Positions 1 to 7,017 of a DNA stretch of 24,000 bases are shown here, one piece after another; position 1 is the stretch's first letter, and each line of letters starts with the position of its first letter. Source of the stretch: Candidatus Electrothrix yaqonensis (lineage in GTDB: Bacteria; Desulfobacterota; Desulfobulbia; Desulfobulbales; Desulfobulbaceae); NCBI GenBank assembly GCA_047651235.1, contig CP178758.1, forward strand, positions 904,991-928,990, given 5' to 3'. The notes below the pieces were generated by a model. The model searched no databases. It saw only the letters and a list, made by a program, of their open reading frames with translations, and had not been told where the DNA came from. The translations under genes and the position numbers were made by a program.

Positions 1-1290
1 CATGGTTGCTTCGGCAAAGGCAATTTTAAGAGCATTATCTTCAGGCTTCAGATGCAGGGCCTGCGAGAAACAGGACAAAGCTTTATCGACCTCCATAATC
101 GCCAGATTCAGCTGGCCGATCTGATGATAGATATCTGCCTTGACATGCGCATTGTCTGTTTCCAGCTGCTGTTCAAGTGCACTGATTTTTTTCTGGACCC
201 CGGTCACCAGCGAGTCGGAGAGTTTGACCTCATGTTTAAGTTTTACCTCAATAAACGACCGGACCCCCTCCATTGTGGAGCTGTCGATAAGAACTGAACC
301 GGGAGAACATGCCTTTTCAAGACGCGATGACAGGTTGACGACATCGCCGATTGTTGTGTATGCCTGCCTTTTGGCCCCGATCAGGCCGACAATGGCCATT
401 CCGGAGGCTATGCCGATCCGCATCTGCCAAGGATATTTCCGGGACAGCATTTTTTCCTGCATCTTGATGGCGCAGACCACAGCCATGAGGCGATAATGCG
501 TAAAATCAAGCGGTGTCCCGAATTCGCACATAATGCCGTCACCCTGGTATTTATCAATATGGGCATTATAGGCGAACATAATTTTTTCCATTTCACTGAA
601 ATACCTATTCAGATCCCGTGTCACCAGCTCCGGCTGCCGGGTTTCGGAGTAGGCGGTAAATCCGGTAAGATCAGTAAACATGACGCTGATTTTTCTCTTT
701 TCATCCCGCAGGCGCCCCTCAATAATAAGTTTGGCCACAGTCGCATCCATTGTGGAATATAGGGCATCCTCCACCTTCCCCTTCATCATTTCCAGCATAT
801 TGCGGGATTCCTCCAGTTCCGCAGTCCGTTTGGATACCTCTCTTTCCAGGTCGCCGGCATTTTTCTGCAGGGAAAGGTTAGCCTGACGGAGTTCTTCCTG
901 CTGCTCAGTCAGTACGTCGTTCAGGCGAAGGGCTTTCCTAGTCTCCCGAAGCAGTTTTTCCTGCAGCCCGCCGACAACCGCACCGGCAATGATCAGAAAA
1001 GAACCCCATAAAACAAGATGGATAATGACCTCCTGGCTGTTGGAGTTCGCTGTGAAATGCTCCGGAAAAAGAACAAAATAGAGGACGTTAAAAACTATGC
1101 AGAGCAAAGCGCTCAGCACCGTGTTGCGTCTTCCGAGATAGTAGCCGGAAACAATAACCGGCAGGTAATAGAAATTCAGAAAAGCTACTTTCTGAATAAT
1201 AAGAGAATTGATTACCGCTACACTGACAATGAGCGAAAAAATAAAGAACAGTTCAAAATGTCTCAGAATAAAAGATTTCAGGAATTCCAT
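1..1290 (-). CDS. Membrane-anchored class III adenylate (possibly guanylate) cyclase with a C-terminal TPR-like region; the 3' end runs off the left edge of the window
   Basis: The reverse complement of 1-1290 is an uninterrupted 430-codon frame starting at ATG 1290-1288 (MEFLKSFILRHFELFF...). It is absent from the ORF track because no stop codon lies in the window. It has N-terminal hydrophobic helices and a coiled-coil stretch (LTEQQEELRQANLSLQKNAGDLEREVSKRTAELEES). Class III cyclase motifs follow: ISVMFTDLTGFT, DKYQGDGIMCEFG and YTTIGDVVNLSSRLE. The Lys/Thr specificity pair fits class IIIb adenylate cyclases. The tail ADIYHQIGQLNLAIMEVDKALSCFSQALHLKPEDN looks like a TPR. Confidence 0.85.
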   Translation of the reverse strand, partial: MEFLKSFILRHFELFFIFSLIVSVAVINSLIIQKVAFLNFYYLPVIVSGYYLGRRNTVLSALLCIVFNVLYFVLFPEHFTANSNSQEVIIHLVLWGSFLIIAGAVVGGLQEKLLRETRKALRLNDVLTEQQEELRQANLSLQKNAGDLEREVSKRTAELEESRNMLEMMKGKVEDALYSTMDATVAKLIIEGRLRDEKRKISVMFTDLTGFTAYSETRQPELVTRDLNRYFSEMEKIMFAYNAHIDKYQGDGIMCEFGTPLDFTHYRLMAVVCAIKMQEKMLSRKYPWQMRIGIASGMAIVGLIGAKRQAYTTIGDVVNLSSRLEKACSPGSVLIDSSTMEGVRSFIEVKLKHEVKLSDSLVTGVQKKISALEQQLETDNAHVKADIYHQIGQLNLAIMEVDKALSCFSQALHLKPEDNALKIAFAEATM

Positions 1291-1378
1291 TTTTCCGTCT
1301 CCGATAGTTTTTCTTATCTGTCCCCGCCCAGACCGCCTTCCAAGTGAATATATTCGCACCTTATCAGGAATAAAATTC

Positions 1379-1406
1379 ATTATATACGTTATACTGCAAA
1401 AGTAAA
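1379..1406 (-). promoter_or_regulatory. Candidate sigma70 promoter for the cyclase gene (TTTACT-N16-TATAAT on the minus strand)
   Basis: The minus strand reads TTTACT (1406-1401), a 16-nt spacer, then TATAAT (1384-1379), about 90 nt upstream of the ATG at 1290. This is pattern matching only. Confidence 0.35.
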
Positions 1407-1446
1407 CAGGAATAGGGGCAAGCGGGGCAGCGTCCTGAGAAAGGAT

Positions 1447-1474
1447 AAGGGAGAGACAGGGCTGTTCAATTCTA
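1447..1474. repeat. Left target-site duplication copy (1447-1456, aagggagaga) plus the left inverted repeat (1457-1474)
   Basis: Read directly from the sequence. See the mobile element entry. Confidence 0.9.
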
Positions 1475-2221
1475 TAAGAGCTTGTATTTTCAAGACGTAT
1501 GCAGTAATTGATACAGAAGAACTTTACACGAGGATTCTGCATGCTGTTTTTTTGCTGAACACAATCAAAGATCATCGACGCGGGCAGGGCCGGCGATATG
1601 AGCTTACGCATATTACGCATATTCTTCTGTTTTCGATCATGGCGATCCTAAGCGGTTCGGATTCTTATCGCAAAATCCATCTGTTCGTTGATGCGCATCG
1701 TGAAAGGCTCAATGAATATTTCGGCCTGGACTGGAAAAAAGCTCCTGCATATACAACGATCCGCACTGTCATTCTGAACACTTCCGGTTCGGAACTTGAG
1801 CGGATTTTCAGGGAGCACGGCAAAGCTCTCGCGGAAGAGGAACCGGACGGAGAATTTATTCATTGCGACGGCAAAACTCTCCGGGGAAGTTTCGATAACA
1901 TGAAGGATATTAATCAGCTTCAGATATTGAGCGCTTTTGCCGGCGACCGCGCCGTCGTTCTCGGCCATGAAGAAATCAAGGAGAAAAGCAATGAAATCCC
2001 GGCGGCGCGGAAACTGATGAAAGAACTCGGTTTATCCGACCGCATTTGACCGCTCCCGAATTCGTTGCAATCCGCACATATTTGCAAAACTGAGGAGCTT
2101 TGCTCTCAATATTCTTCGTAAGAACAAGGTGAAAGATGTCAGCCGGGAGCTTTTCAGGAACTGTATGGATATACATCGTCTGTTTGATTACGCCGGGATT
2201 TTTTAGAATTGAACAGCCCTG
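1457..2221 (+). mobile_element. ISAs1-family insertion sequence, internally deleted non-autonomous copy (765 bp)
   Basis: The terminal inverted repeats are perfect 18-mers. IRL 1457-1474 is cagggctgttcaattcta. IRR 2204-2221 is tagaattgaacagccctg, its exact reverse complement. The element is flanked by an identical 10-bp direct repeat, aagggagaga, at 1447-1456 and 2222-2231. Internally it holds only the N-terminal and C-terminal pieces of an ISAs1/H-repeat type transposase. Confidence 0.85.
1552..2206 (+). pseudogene. ISAs1-family (DDE_Tnp_ISAs1 / H-repeat-associated) transposase remnant with the catalytic core deleted
   Basis: The 1552-2049 frame (TTG start) gives MLNTIKDHRRGQGRRYELTHITHILLFSIMAILSGSDSYRKIHLF...IPAARKLMKELGLSDRI*, which is typical of the N-terminal third of ISAs1 transposases. 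A different frame (about 2042-2206) reads AFDRSRIRCNPHIFAKLRSFALNILRKNKVKDVSRELFRNCMDIHRLFDYAGIF*. That matches the conserved ISAs1 C-terminal tail (EDxSRIR....LRxxALNLL). The two pieces abut near 2040-2050, so several hundred bp encoding the DDE core are missing. Confidence 0.8.
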
Positions 2222-2231
2222 AAGGGAGAGA
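2204..2231. repeat. Right inverted repeat (2204-2221) plus the right target-site duplication copy (2222-2231, aagggagaga)
   Basis: Read directly from the sequence. The IRR is the exact reverse complement of the IRL, and the 10-bp flank is identical to 1447-1456. Confidence 0.9.
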
Positions 2232-2310
2232 AGTGTACAGGGGAAGGATATGAAATGAATTTACCCCGTCCTGACGAGGCAGGGGAGCAAACTCCGGTTC
2301 AATTTCCGGG

Positions 2311-3498
2311 TCATTTTTTATTCGGGGTTCTGATGTCAAACCTCGGTGCCTGCAGCATCCGACTGATCTGCGCCTTCAGGTCAGCCAGATCAGGATTGAC
2401 GCTGTCCTGCTCGGCAATCAGGGCGCAGAGGCGTTCCTGTTCCACCGGATGGATATATTCCGGCGGCGTGCCGTCCTGCAGCTGGATATGGGCCGCCCAG
2501 GGGACAAAGTAGGTGGTGGCCGGGCAGTCTTGGTGTTCTGAGATATCCAGGTTCAATCCGGCAACGTACAGCAGATTTCTGCCCTTATATTCCGTGCCCC
2601 GGCGGATGGATTCCACGGCCCGGGCGAACTCCAGCTGAATATTTATCTTGGCGGCCCGCAGCGGCGGATTTTTCGAGGTAACAATGATGGGCATAAATTC
2701 AATCAGATTGCGCTCCAGCAGGATAGAATCGTCGGTTTCATGAAAATCCTCCCGGAAATAAAATAGATCCTCAGTGAGATAATCACCGATGCTCTCTCCG
2801 GCCCCGCTCTTCCAGGTATATCCGGCCCCGTCAAGACGCCTGCGGAAGCTCTCGGATACCTCGTAGGTCTGACTGGTGCTGACCGCCCCGACCGGCTGAA
2901 TATTGCCGTTTTCATCCGGCGTGACAATGCGTTCCAGATGCACGACTAGACCGTTCACAACCGGATGGGAGGCAAAATCGATAAGGGAATTTTTTACCGT
3001 GATCAGATGGCGGCCCCGGTCGTCCCGATGCAGGAATATCCGCTGCCTGGCAAACTCATACTGCTTCAGATACGGCGTGATCACATGGGTTATTTTTCCG
3101 CAGGACGGCGTGATGCAGATGCCGTCCCTCTTGGGCCGGGTGCAGGTGCCGTAGATATCGGTCCGGGGATCATAGCCCACATGGCTTGCCTGGACAATCA
3201 CGAAATCTTCCCCGTGATTGGCATGGGGACCGTGACGGTCAATGGCGACGATTCCTCCCACCTGCCCGTGGTCAAACGGAAAGGTATCAAAATGCTTGGT
3301 CAGCAGAATGATGGGCCAGCCCTGATTTTCGTCCGAGCAGAAAGCTCTGGAGGGCATGATCCTGCCTTTGCGGAACCCCAAGGTCATACAGAGATTATAG
3401 AGCTTGGGCACAAATTCAGCATAGGGAATTGCAAAGCCGTCTACCCTGAACGGAGCCAACCGGCGGATAATTTTTGACTGGAGATAAGTATGCTGCAT
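2311..3498 (-). CDS. Conserved hypothetical 395-aa cytoplasmic protein with a Cys/Gly/His-rich N-terminal half; possibly LCIB / theta-carbonic-anhydrase-like (CGHR domain). The family assignment is tentative.
   Basis: A long ORF with a good SD (AAGGAA 5 nt upstream of the ATG at 3498) and no signal peptide or TM helix. Candidate metal ligands are AFC54SDENQG, HGPHANHGEDF, VIVQASH106VGYD and TRPKRDGICITPSC133GKITH. The C-x-D-E ... (A/F)(S/P)H(V/I) ... RP.R......CG pattern and spacing resemble what I remember of the Cys-His-Cys zinc site in algal LCIB. That comparison is from memory and is not a search result. The confidence value refers to the region being coding; my confidence in the family is about 0.35. 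Confidence 0.75.
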   Translation of the reverse strand: MQHTYLQSKIIRRLAPFRVDGFAIPYAEFVPKLYNLCMTLGFRKGRIMPSRAFCSDENQGWPIILLTKHFDTFPFDHGQVGGIVAIDRHGPHANHGEDFVIVQASHVGYDPRTDIYGTCTRPKRDGICITPSCGKITHVITPYLKQYEFARQRIFLHRDDRGRHLITVKNSLIDFASHPVVNGLVVHLERIVTPDENGNIQPVGAVSTSQTYEVSESFRRRLDGAGYTWKSGAGESIGDYLTEDLFYFREDFHETDDSILLERNLIEFMPIIVTSKNPPLRAAKINIQLEFARAVESIRRGTEYKGRNLLYVAGLNLDISEHQDCPATTYFVPWAAHIQLQDGTPPEYIHPVEQERLCALIAEQDSVNPDLADLKAQISRMLQAPRFDIRTPNKK

Positions 3499-3554
3499 TT
3501 CCTTACTTTCTTTTTTCTTGGAAACAGAACGAGGAACTTACGGAACGAAACATT

Positions 3555-3582
3555 CTAAAAAAATCAACTCAACTCTGTTGAG
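3555..3582 (-). terminator. Weak intrinsic terminator-like hairpin downstream of cbiQ
   Basis: The minus strand reads ctcaac-aga-gttgag (3582-3568) followed by ttgattttttt. The stem is only 6 bp with a 3-nt loop, so any termination would be partial at best. Confidence 0.25.
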
Positions 3583-3643
3583 AGTAGCATCATCTTTTTC
3601 TGATGCACAGAGAAAAAGGGGCGTCAGACAGAACATTTCAACT

Positions 3644-4393
3644 TCAAACCACCTCAATCACCATCAGCCCCGCTCCGGCCACCAGCAACCCGACCAGCAG
3701 CAGCACATCCCGCTGCTGCATCTTTCCTGTTGTATACAAAGAGTGAAACTGGCCGGAAAACCCGCGCAGCTCCATTGCCTGCTGTACCCGTTCGGCCCGG
3801 TTCCAGCTCCGCACCAGCAGCATCCCCAACATGGAACTGTAGCTCCGATAGGTGTGCAGATTGGTCTGCGGCCGGAAGCAACGCAATTCTGCGGCCCGCT
3901 GCAGGCGTTGCAGCTCCTCGTAGATCAGAGCTATGTAGCGGTAGGAAAACAGGAGGAGCAGGCAGATCTTCGGTGAAACCCGCAGAGTCTGCAGGGCATG
4001 ACCAAGCTGAGCTGCACTGGACGTGGCAAGCAGGCTGATAAACACCAGCAGTACCGCATTGGATTTGATCGTGATCAGAATAGCCATGGAGAGTCCTGCG
4101 CGGCTCAGATCGATGCCAGCAATCTCCAGCACGAGTCCGCCGTAGGTCAGAGGCAGAACCAGGAGGAGCAGGAGATTGAAGGTGTTGACGACAAGAATTC
4201 TGCGGAGAACTATTTTCCAGGGCAGGCGGGCTGCGGCCACCAGAACAAGGGCGAGCAGCAGCCCGATAAGGGCGGTGCTGAGATTACGGCACAGGGCGAT
4301 AATCAGACTGAGCAGCCCGGCGCTGATCAGCTTGCCGCGCGGGTCTGCCCGGTGCAGAAGTGAGGCCCCGCGACTGAACTGTTCAAAGGTCAT
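3644..4393 (-). CDS. cbiQ: ECF transporter transmembrane (T) component, CbiQ/NikQ type
   Basis: A polytopic membrane protein (MTFEQFSRGASLLHRADPRGKLISAGLLSLIIAL... RAAELRCFRP ... ELRGF) typical of CbiQ/EcfT. I prefer the ATG at 4393, which is preceded by AGGAAG, over the GTG at 4408 used in the ORF track. The gene lies in a cbiM-containing cluster. Confidence 0.85.
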   Translation of the reverse strand: MTFEQFSRGASLLHRADPRGKLISAGLLSLIIALCRNLSTALIGLLLALVLVAAARLPWKIVLRRILVVNTFNLLLLLVLPLTYGGLVLEIAGIDLSRAGLSMAILITIKSNAVLLVFISLLATSSAAQLGHALQTLRVSPKICLLLLFSYRYIALIYEELQRLQRAAELRCFRPQTNLHTYRSYSSMLGMLLVRSWNRAERVQQAMELRGFSGQFHSLYTTGKMQQRDVLLLVGLLVAGAGLMVIEVV

Positions 4394-4441
4394 ACGGCTT
4401 CCTACCACAACTGCACCGGCAGGTTCAACAGAAATAATTCA

Positions 4442-5209
4442 TTATTTATAGGCATCCAGGTAGGTCCAGAGCACAGCACCGAGCTCCACGCCCTTTTCGT
4501 TGCCTTCCGGATCCTTGATGGTATAATCGGCCTCATTCAGCGCGGAAAAACCCCACCATCCCGGCTGGGGACAGGCAAAGGTAAATACGCCGTTTTCATC
4601 GGCCTTGACCACCTGGGTGACATGATAGTCGCTGGGTGCGGTGAATTTCTTGTCCTTGTTATAGAGCTCCACTTCCACTTCCGCACCCGGAACCGGCTTG
4701 CTGTTCAACAGCACCTGACCGCTGAAGCTGTTGCCTGCATAGTTGCCGAAAGGACGGGTCAGGGGCACGATCTCCGTGGCAACGCCGATCGGCTTATCCC
4801 AGCCCTGGTCATCACCGAAGGCGGCAATCATGGTTTTTGTGTAATGGATGATATGGAGATCTTCGGCCGGTTCCCAGTACGGGGTCGGCTCCATAACAAA
4901 GGTATACACGCCGGGACGCTTGATGGGTATTTCTGCTGTCCAAGCAGTATGATCCATTACTTTGGCTTCCTTGAGAGCCGGAACCAGATTGGTCTTCTGT
5001 CCGCCTGCAACCATGAAGAACTCTTTCGGTTTGGCCAGATCCATGCCGATGATCTCAAAGGGATGCGAAAAGGAGAGGTCCAGCTTGACGCTCTTCTTTT
5101 TCGGGGTGAGGATGTTGTCCGAGGGAATGATCATGCCGAAATGGGCAAAGGCTTCGCCGGTCAGGCAGGCAAGAAATACTGCGGCCAAGGAAACTGCACG
5201 AATCTTCAT
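4442..5209 (-). CDS. Periplasmic DUF4198-family protein (COG5266 'CbiK' / NikK-like accessory component of Ni/Co ECF uptake systems)
   Basis: It has a Sec signal peptide (MKIRAVSLAAVFLACLTGEAFA|HFGMIIPS), so the mature N-terminus begins with His. This is followed by a beta-rich soluble domain. There is a strong SD (AAGGAG). The gene sits between the nikL-like gene and cbiQ. Confidence 0.75.
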   Translation of the reverse strand: MKIRAVSLAAVFLACLTGEAFAHFGMIIPSDNILTPKKKSVKLDLSFSHPFEIIGMDLAKPKEFFMVAGGQKTNLVPALKEAKVMDHTAWTAEIPIKRPGVYTFVMEPTPYWEPAEDLHIIHYTKTMIAAFGDDQGWDKPIGVATEIVPLTRPFGNYAGNSFSGQVLLNSKPVPGAEVEVELYNKDKKFTAPSDYHVTQVVKADENGVFTFACPQPGWWGFSALNEADYTIKDPEGNEKGVELGAVLWTYLDAYK

Positions 5210-5306
5210 CTTGTGTTACTCCTTTTTTTAGAGGGATAAAAACGAACTGCTCCCCGGCACATCCGGAAGAGCACATCATACACATACACGGAACAGAGAG
5301 CAGCGC

Positions 5307-5957
5307 TCAGGTCTGCCCTGCTTTTTGCTTTTTTCTGGAACGCAGCCAGGCAAACAGCCCGGCCAGCCCGATGATGCAGCCGATGCCGCCGAGAATATCC
5401 TGCGGAGCGATTTTTCTTTGCTGCTCTTCTGCCAAGGCCTGGCGGACAGGAGCCAGCTGCCGGTTTACTTCCTCACGCACAATACGGCGTATCTGCGCTT
5501 CATCCGGGCCTGCGGTTACCGGCTGTGTCCTGCCGCCGGATCCTGCAGTAGAAGATTTCGCAGGATGGTCTGCTGCAGCCGAGGAGGCAACAAGGTACTC
5601 CTCGGCTGCTAGCGGCCATTCGGCACGATGTCCGTCCCCAGCATCGGCAATGATCAGCAGGTCAGGCTGCTTTTCCACTGTCTGTGCAGGCGGAGAAAAC
5701 TGAAACTTGCCCTGTCCGTCCGTGCGGGTTGTCAGCAGGACGGCTCCTGACGCGGCATCCTCTACCGTGACTGTAATGTTTTTAGCGCCCCGTCCGCCGC
5801 TGAATTTAGCTTCGCCGTAGATTAGCTGGTCTTCTGCCCAGGCGAAAACATTCATTTTATGGGCCGAAGCCAGCAGCGGTGCCAGCAGGAGCACCAGCAG
5901 AATAGCGGGCCGGAAGATTGTCAGAATGCGCAGGTTCATGCGTACTTCTTCATGCAT
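5307..5957 (-). CDS. NikL-like bitopic accessory protein: signal peptide, a transthyretin/carboxypeptidase-regulatory-like periplasmic domain and a C-terminal TM anchor
   Basis: The sequence reads MNLRILTIFRPAILLVLLLAPLLASA|HKMNVFAWAE..., then VTVEDAASGAVLLTTRTDGQGKFQF, with a C-terminal helix ILGGIGCIIGLAGLFAWL followed by RSRKKQK. The start is ambiguous. The ATG at 5957 overlaps the cbiM stop, and the ATG at 5939 (MNLRIL) gives a cleaner signal peptide. Its position directly after cbiM, in place of cbiN, matches the nickel-type Nik(M)(L)(K)Q arrangement described from comparative genomics. Confidence 0.6.
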   Translation of the reverse strand: MHEEVRMNLRILTIFRPAILLVLLLAPLLASAHKMNVFAWAEDQLIYGEAKFSGGRGAKNITVTVEDAASGAVLLTTRTDGQGKFQFSPPAQTVEKQPDLLIIADAGDGHRAEWPLAAEEYLVASSAAADHPAKSSTAGSGGRTQPVTAGPDEAQIRRIVREEVNRQLAPVRQALAEEQQRKIAPQDILGGIGCIIGLAGLFAWLRSRKKQKAGQT

Positions 5958-6552
5958 ATTTCAGATGGAGAATTTCCGGCTGTACCCTGGCAATGAAGCT
6001 GACCGTGAACATGGTGACACAGCCTTCAATGACCATAACAGGAAGATTGGCCGCAATAATGAGTTTGGCCGCCGCCAAGAAGCCGGTATCTGACAGGGCA
6101 AGAGCCGAGGCCGTGAGCAGTGAGGCCAGCAGGATGGCCAGCGCCCCTGCGCTAAAGGCGGCTGCAGGTCTTGTTTTCGGATCATCCAGCCAAGGGCGGG
6201 CCAGATAAAAACAGCAGACCGCCGGAATGGACATGGTTGCCGTGTTCACTCCGAGGACAGTCAGGCCGCCGAACTGAAAGAAAAGCGCCTGCAGAAACAG
6301 GCCGGTCAGAATGGCCGGGAACGCAGCCCAGCCCAACATGATGCCGAGCAGACCGATGAGCATCAGATGCGCTGATCCCGGCCCGATGGGCACATGCACA
6401 AGTCCGGCAACGAAAAAGGCCGAGGAGAGCATGGCAGCGGGCATGATCTCCTCCGGATCAATCTTCTTCAGCCCGATATATGTGCCGATTGCGCTGATTA
6501 CCCCGCCGCTGAGCAGGACTGGTGCAGCCAGAACTCCTTCTGAAATATGCAT
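5950..6552 (-). CDS. cbiM: ECF substrate-capture (S) component, CbiM/NikM
   Basis: MHISEGVLAAPVLLSGGVISAIG... carries the hallmark N-terminal Met-His-x-x-E-G of CbiM/NikM, where the N-terminal amine and His2 ligate the metal. It is a 200-aa polytopic membrane protein. Confidence 0.9.
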   Translation of the reverse strand: MHISEGVLAAPVLLSGGVISAIGTYIGLKKIDPEEIMPAAMLSSAFFVAGLVHVPIGPGSAHLMLIGLLGIMLGWAAFPAILTGLFLQALFFQFGGLTVLGVNTATMSIPAVCCFYLARPWLDDPKTRPAAAFSAGALAILLASLLTASALALSDTGFLAAAKLIIAANLPVMVIEGCVTMFTVSFIARVQPEILHLKYA

Positions 6553-6585
6553 AGCAGGTAATATTTTTTTGTTGTTTGTAATACT

Positions 6586-6623
6586 GCCTTCTGCTCTATA
6601 GTATAAAGCAGAAGGCTTGTCAA
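6586..6623 (-). promoter_or_regulatory. Candidate sigma70 promoter of the nik/cbi operon (TTGACA-N17-TATAGA) overlapped by a perfect 10-bp inverted repeat, which may be an operator
   Basis: On the minus strand, TTGACA is at 6623-6618 and TATAGA at 6600-6595. The inverted repeat gccttctgct (6586-6595) / agcagaaggc (6607-6616) has an 11-bp spacer and brackets the -10 element. Confidence 0.35.
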
Positions 6624-6856
6624 GCAGTCCGGCAGGAAAAAATACAAATCAGCAGATCAGGCTGCCGGAGCTGCGGACTGCGGCGGCGTTCTGTTACCCG
6701 GCTGAACCGGCAGAAATATTCCGCCAGACAAGCGGATTTTCCGGGTTGGGAGAAAGCGGAGAAAGGAAAGCAGTGTTTTGTTTTCAGGAGACTTTTTTTC
6801 TTCTTTTACAGTAAAAGCCAAAGAGGAAAACTGCACAGCGGAATCAATGTATTTTT

Positions 6857-6919
6857 CTTGGGCAAATCATGCAAAAAAAAATATTGACACCAAAAATATT
6901 AAGGGTATCTTTGCCCAAG
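6857..6919 (+). promoter_or_regulatory. Candidate ferredoxin promoter (TTGACA 6884-6889, N16, TATCTT 6906-6911) bracketed by a perfect 10-bp inverted repeat
   Basis: cttgggcaaa (6857-6866) and tttgcccaag (6910-6919) are exact reverse complements. An A9 tract lies immediately upstream of the -35 element. This is pattern matching only. Confidence 0.3.
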
Positions 6920-7017
6920 TCAGTATATATCAGTTGTATGCAAGGAAGCGTGAAGTTATTTTTCGTTATCTTTATAAAATGGCTCTGCACTGAAGAGCCG
7001 CTACCAAGGAGAAAGAT

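Noticed and set aside
2965-5239. Plus-strand ORFs at 2965-3477, 3518-3976, 3730-4038, 3998-4363 and 4622-5239
   Set aside because: They are antisense to the 395-aa gene, cbiQ and the DUF4198 gene. Their compositions are biased (Gln/His/Pro/Arg/Gly-rich) and show no family features.
6625-6790. A cobalamin (B12) riboswitch in front of cbiM
   Set aside because: On the minus strand, ccggaaaatccgc and agtccgcagctccggcagcc loosely recall the GGTGAAAATCC and B12-box (AGTCAGGAGACCTGCC) elements. The conserved GGGAA and GCCACTG cores are absent and the B12-box spacing is off by one. The L/K accessory genes also point to nickel rather than cobalt. Only a cmscan run could settle this.
6858-6873. A sigma-54 promoter (TGGGCA-N5-TGCA) upstream of the ferredoxin gene
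   Set aside because: The GG-to-GC spacing is two nucleotides shorter than the canonical -24/-12 arrangement.
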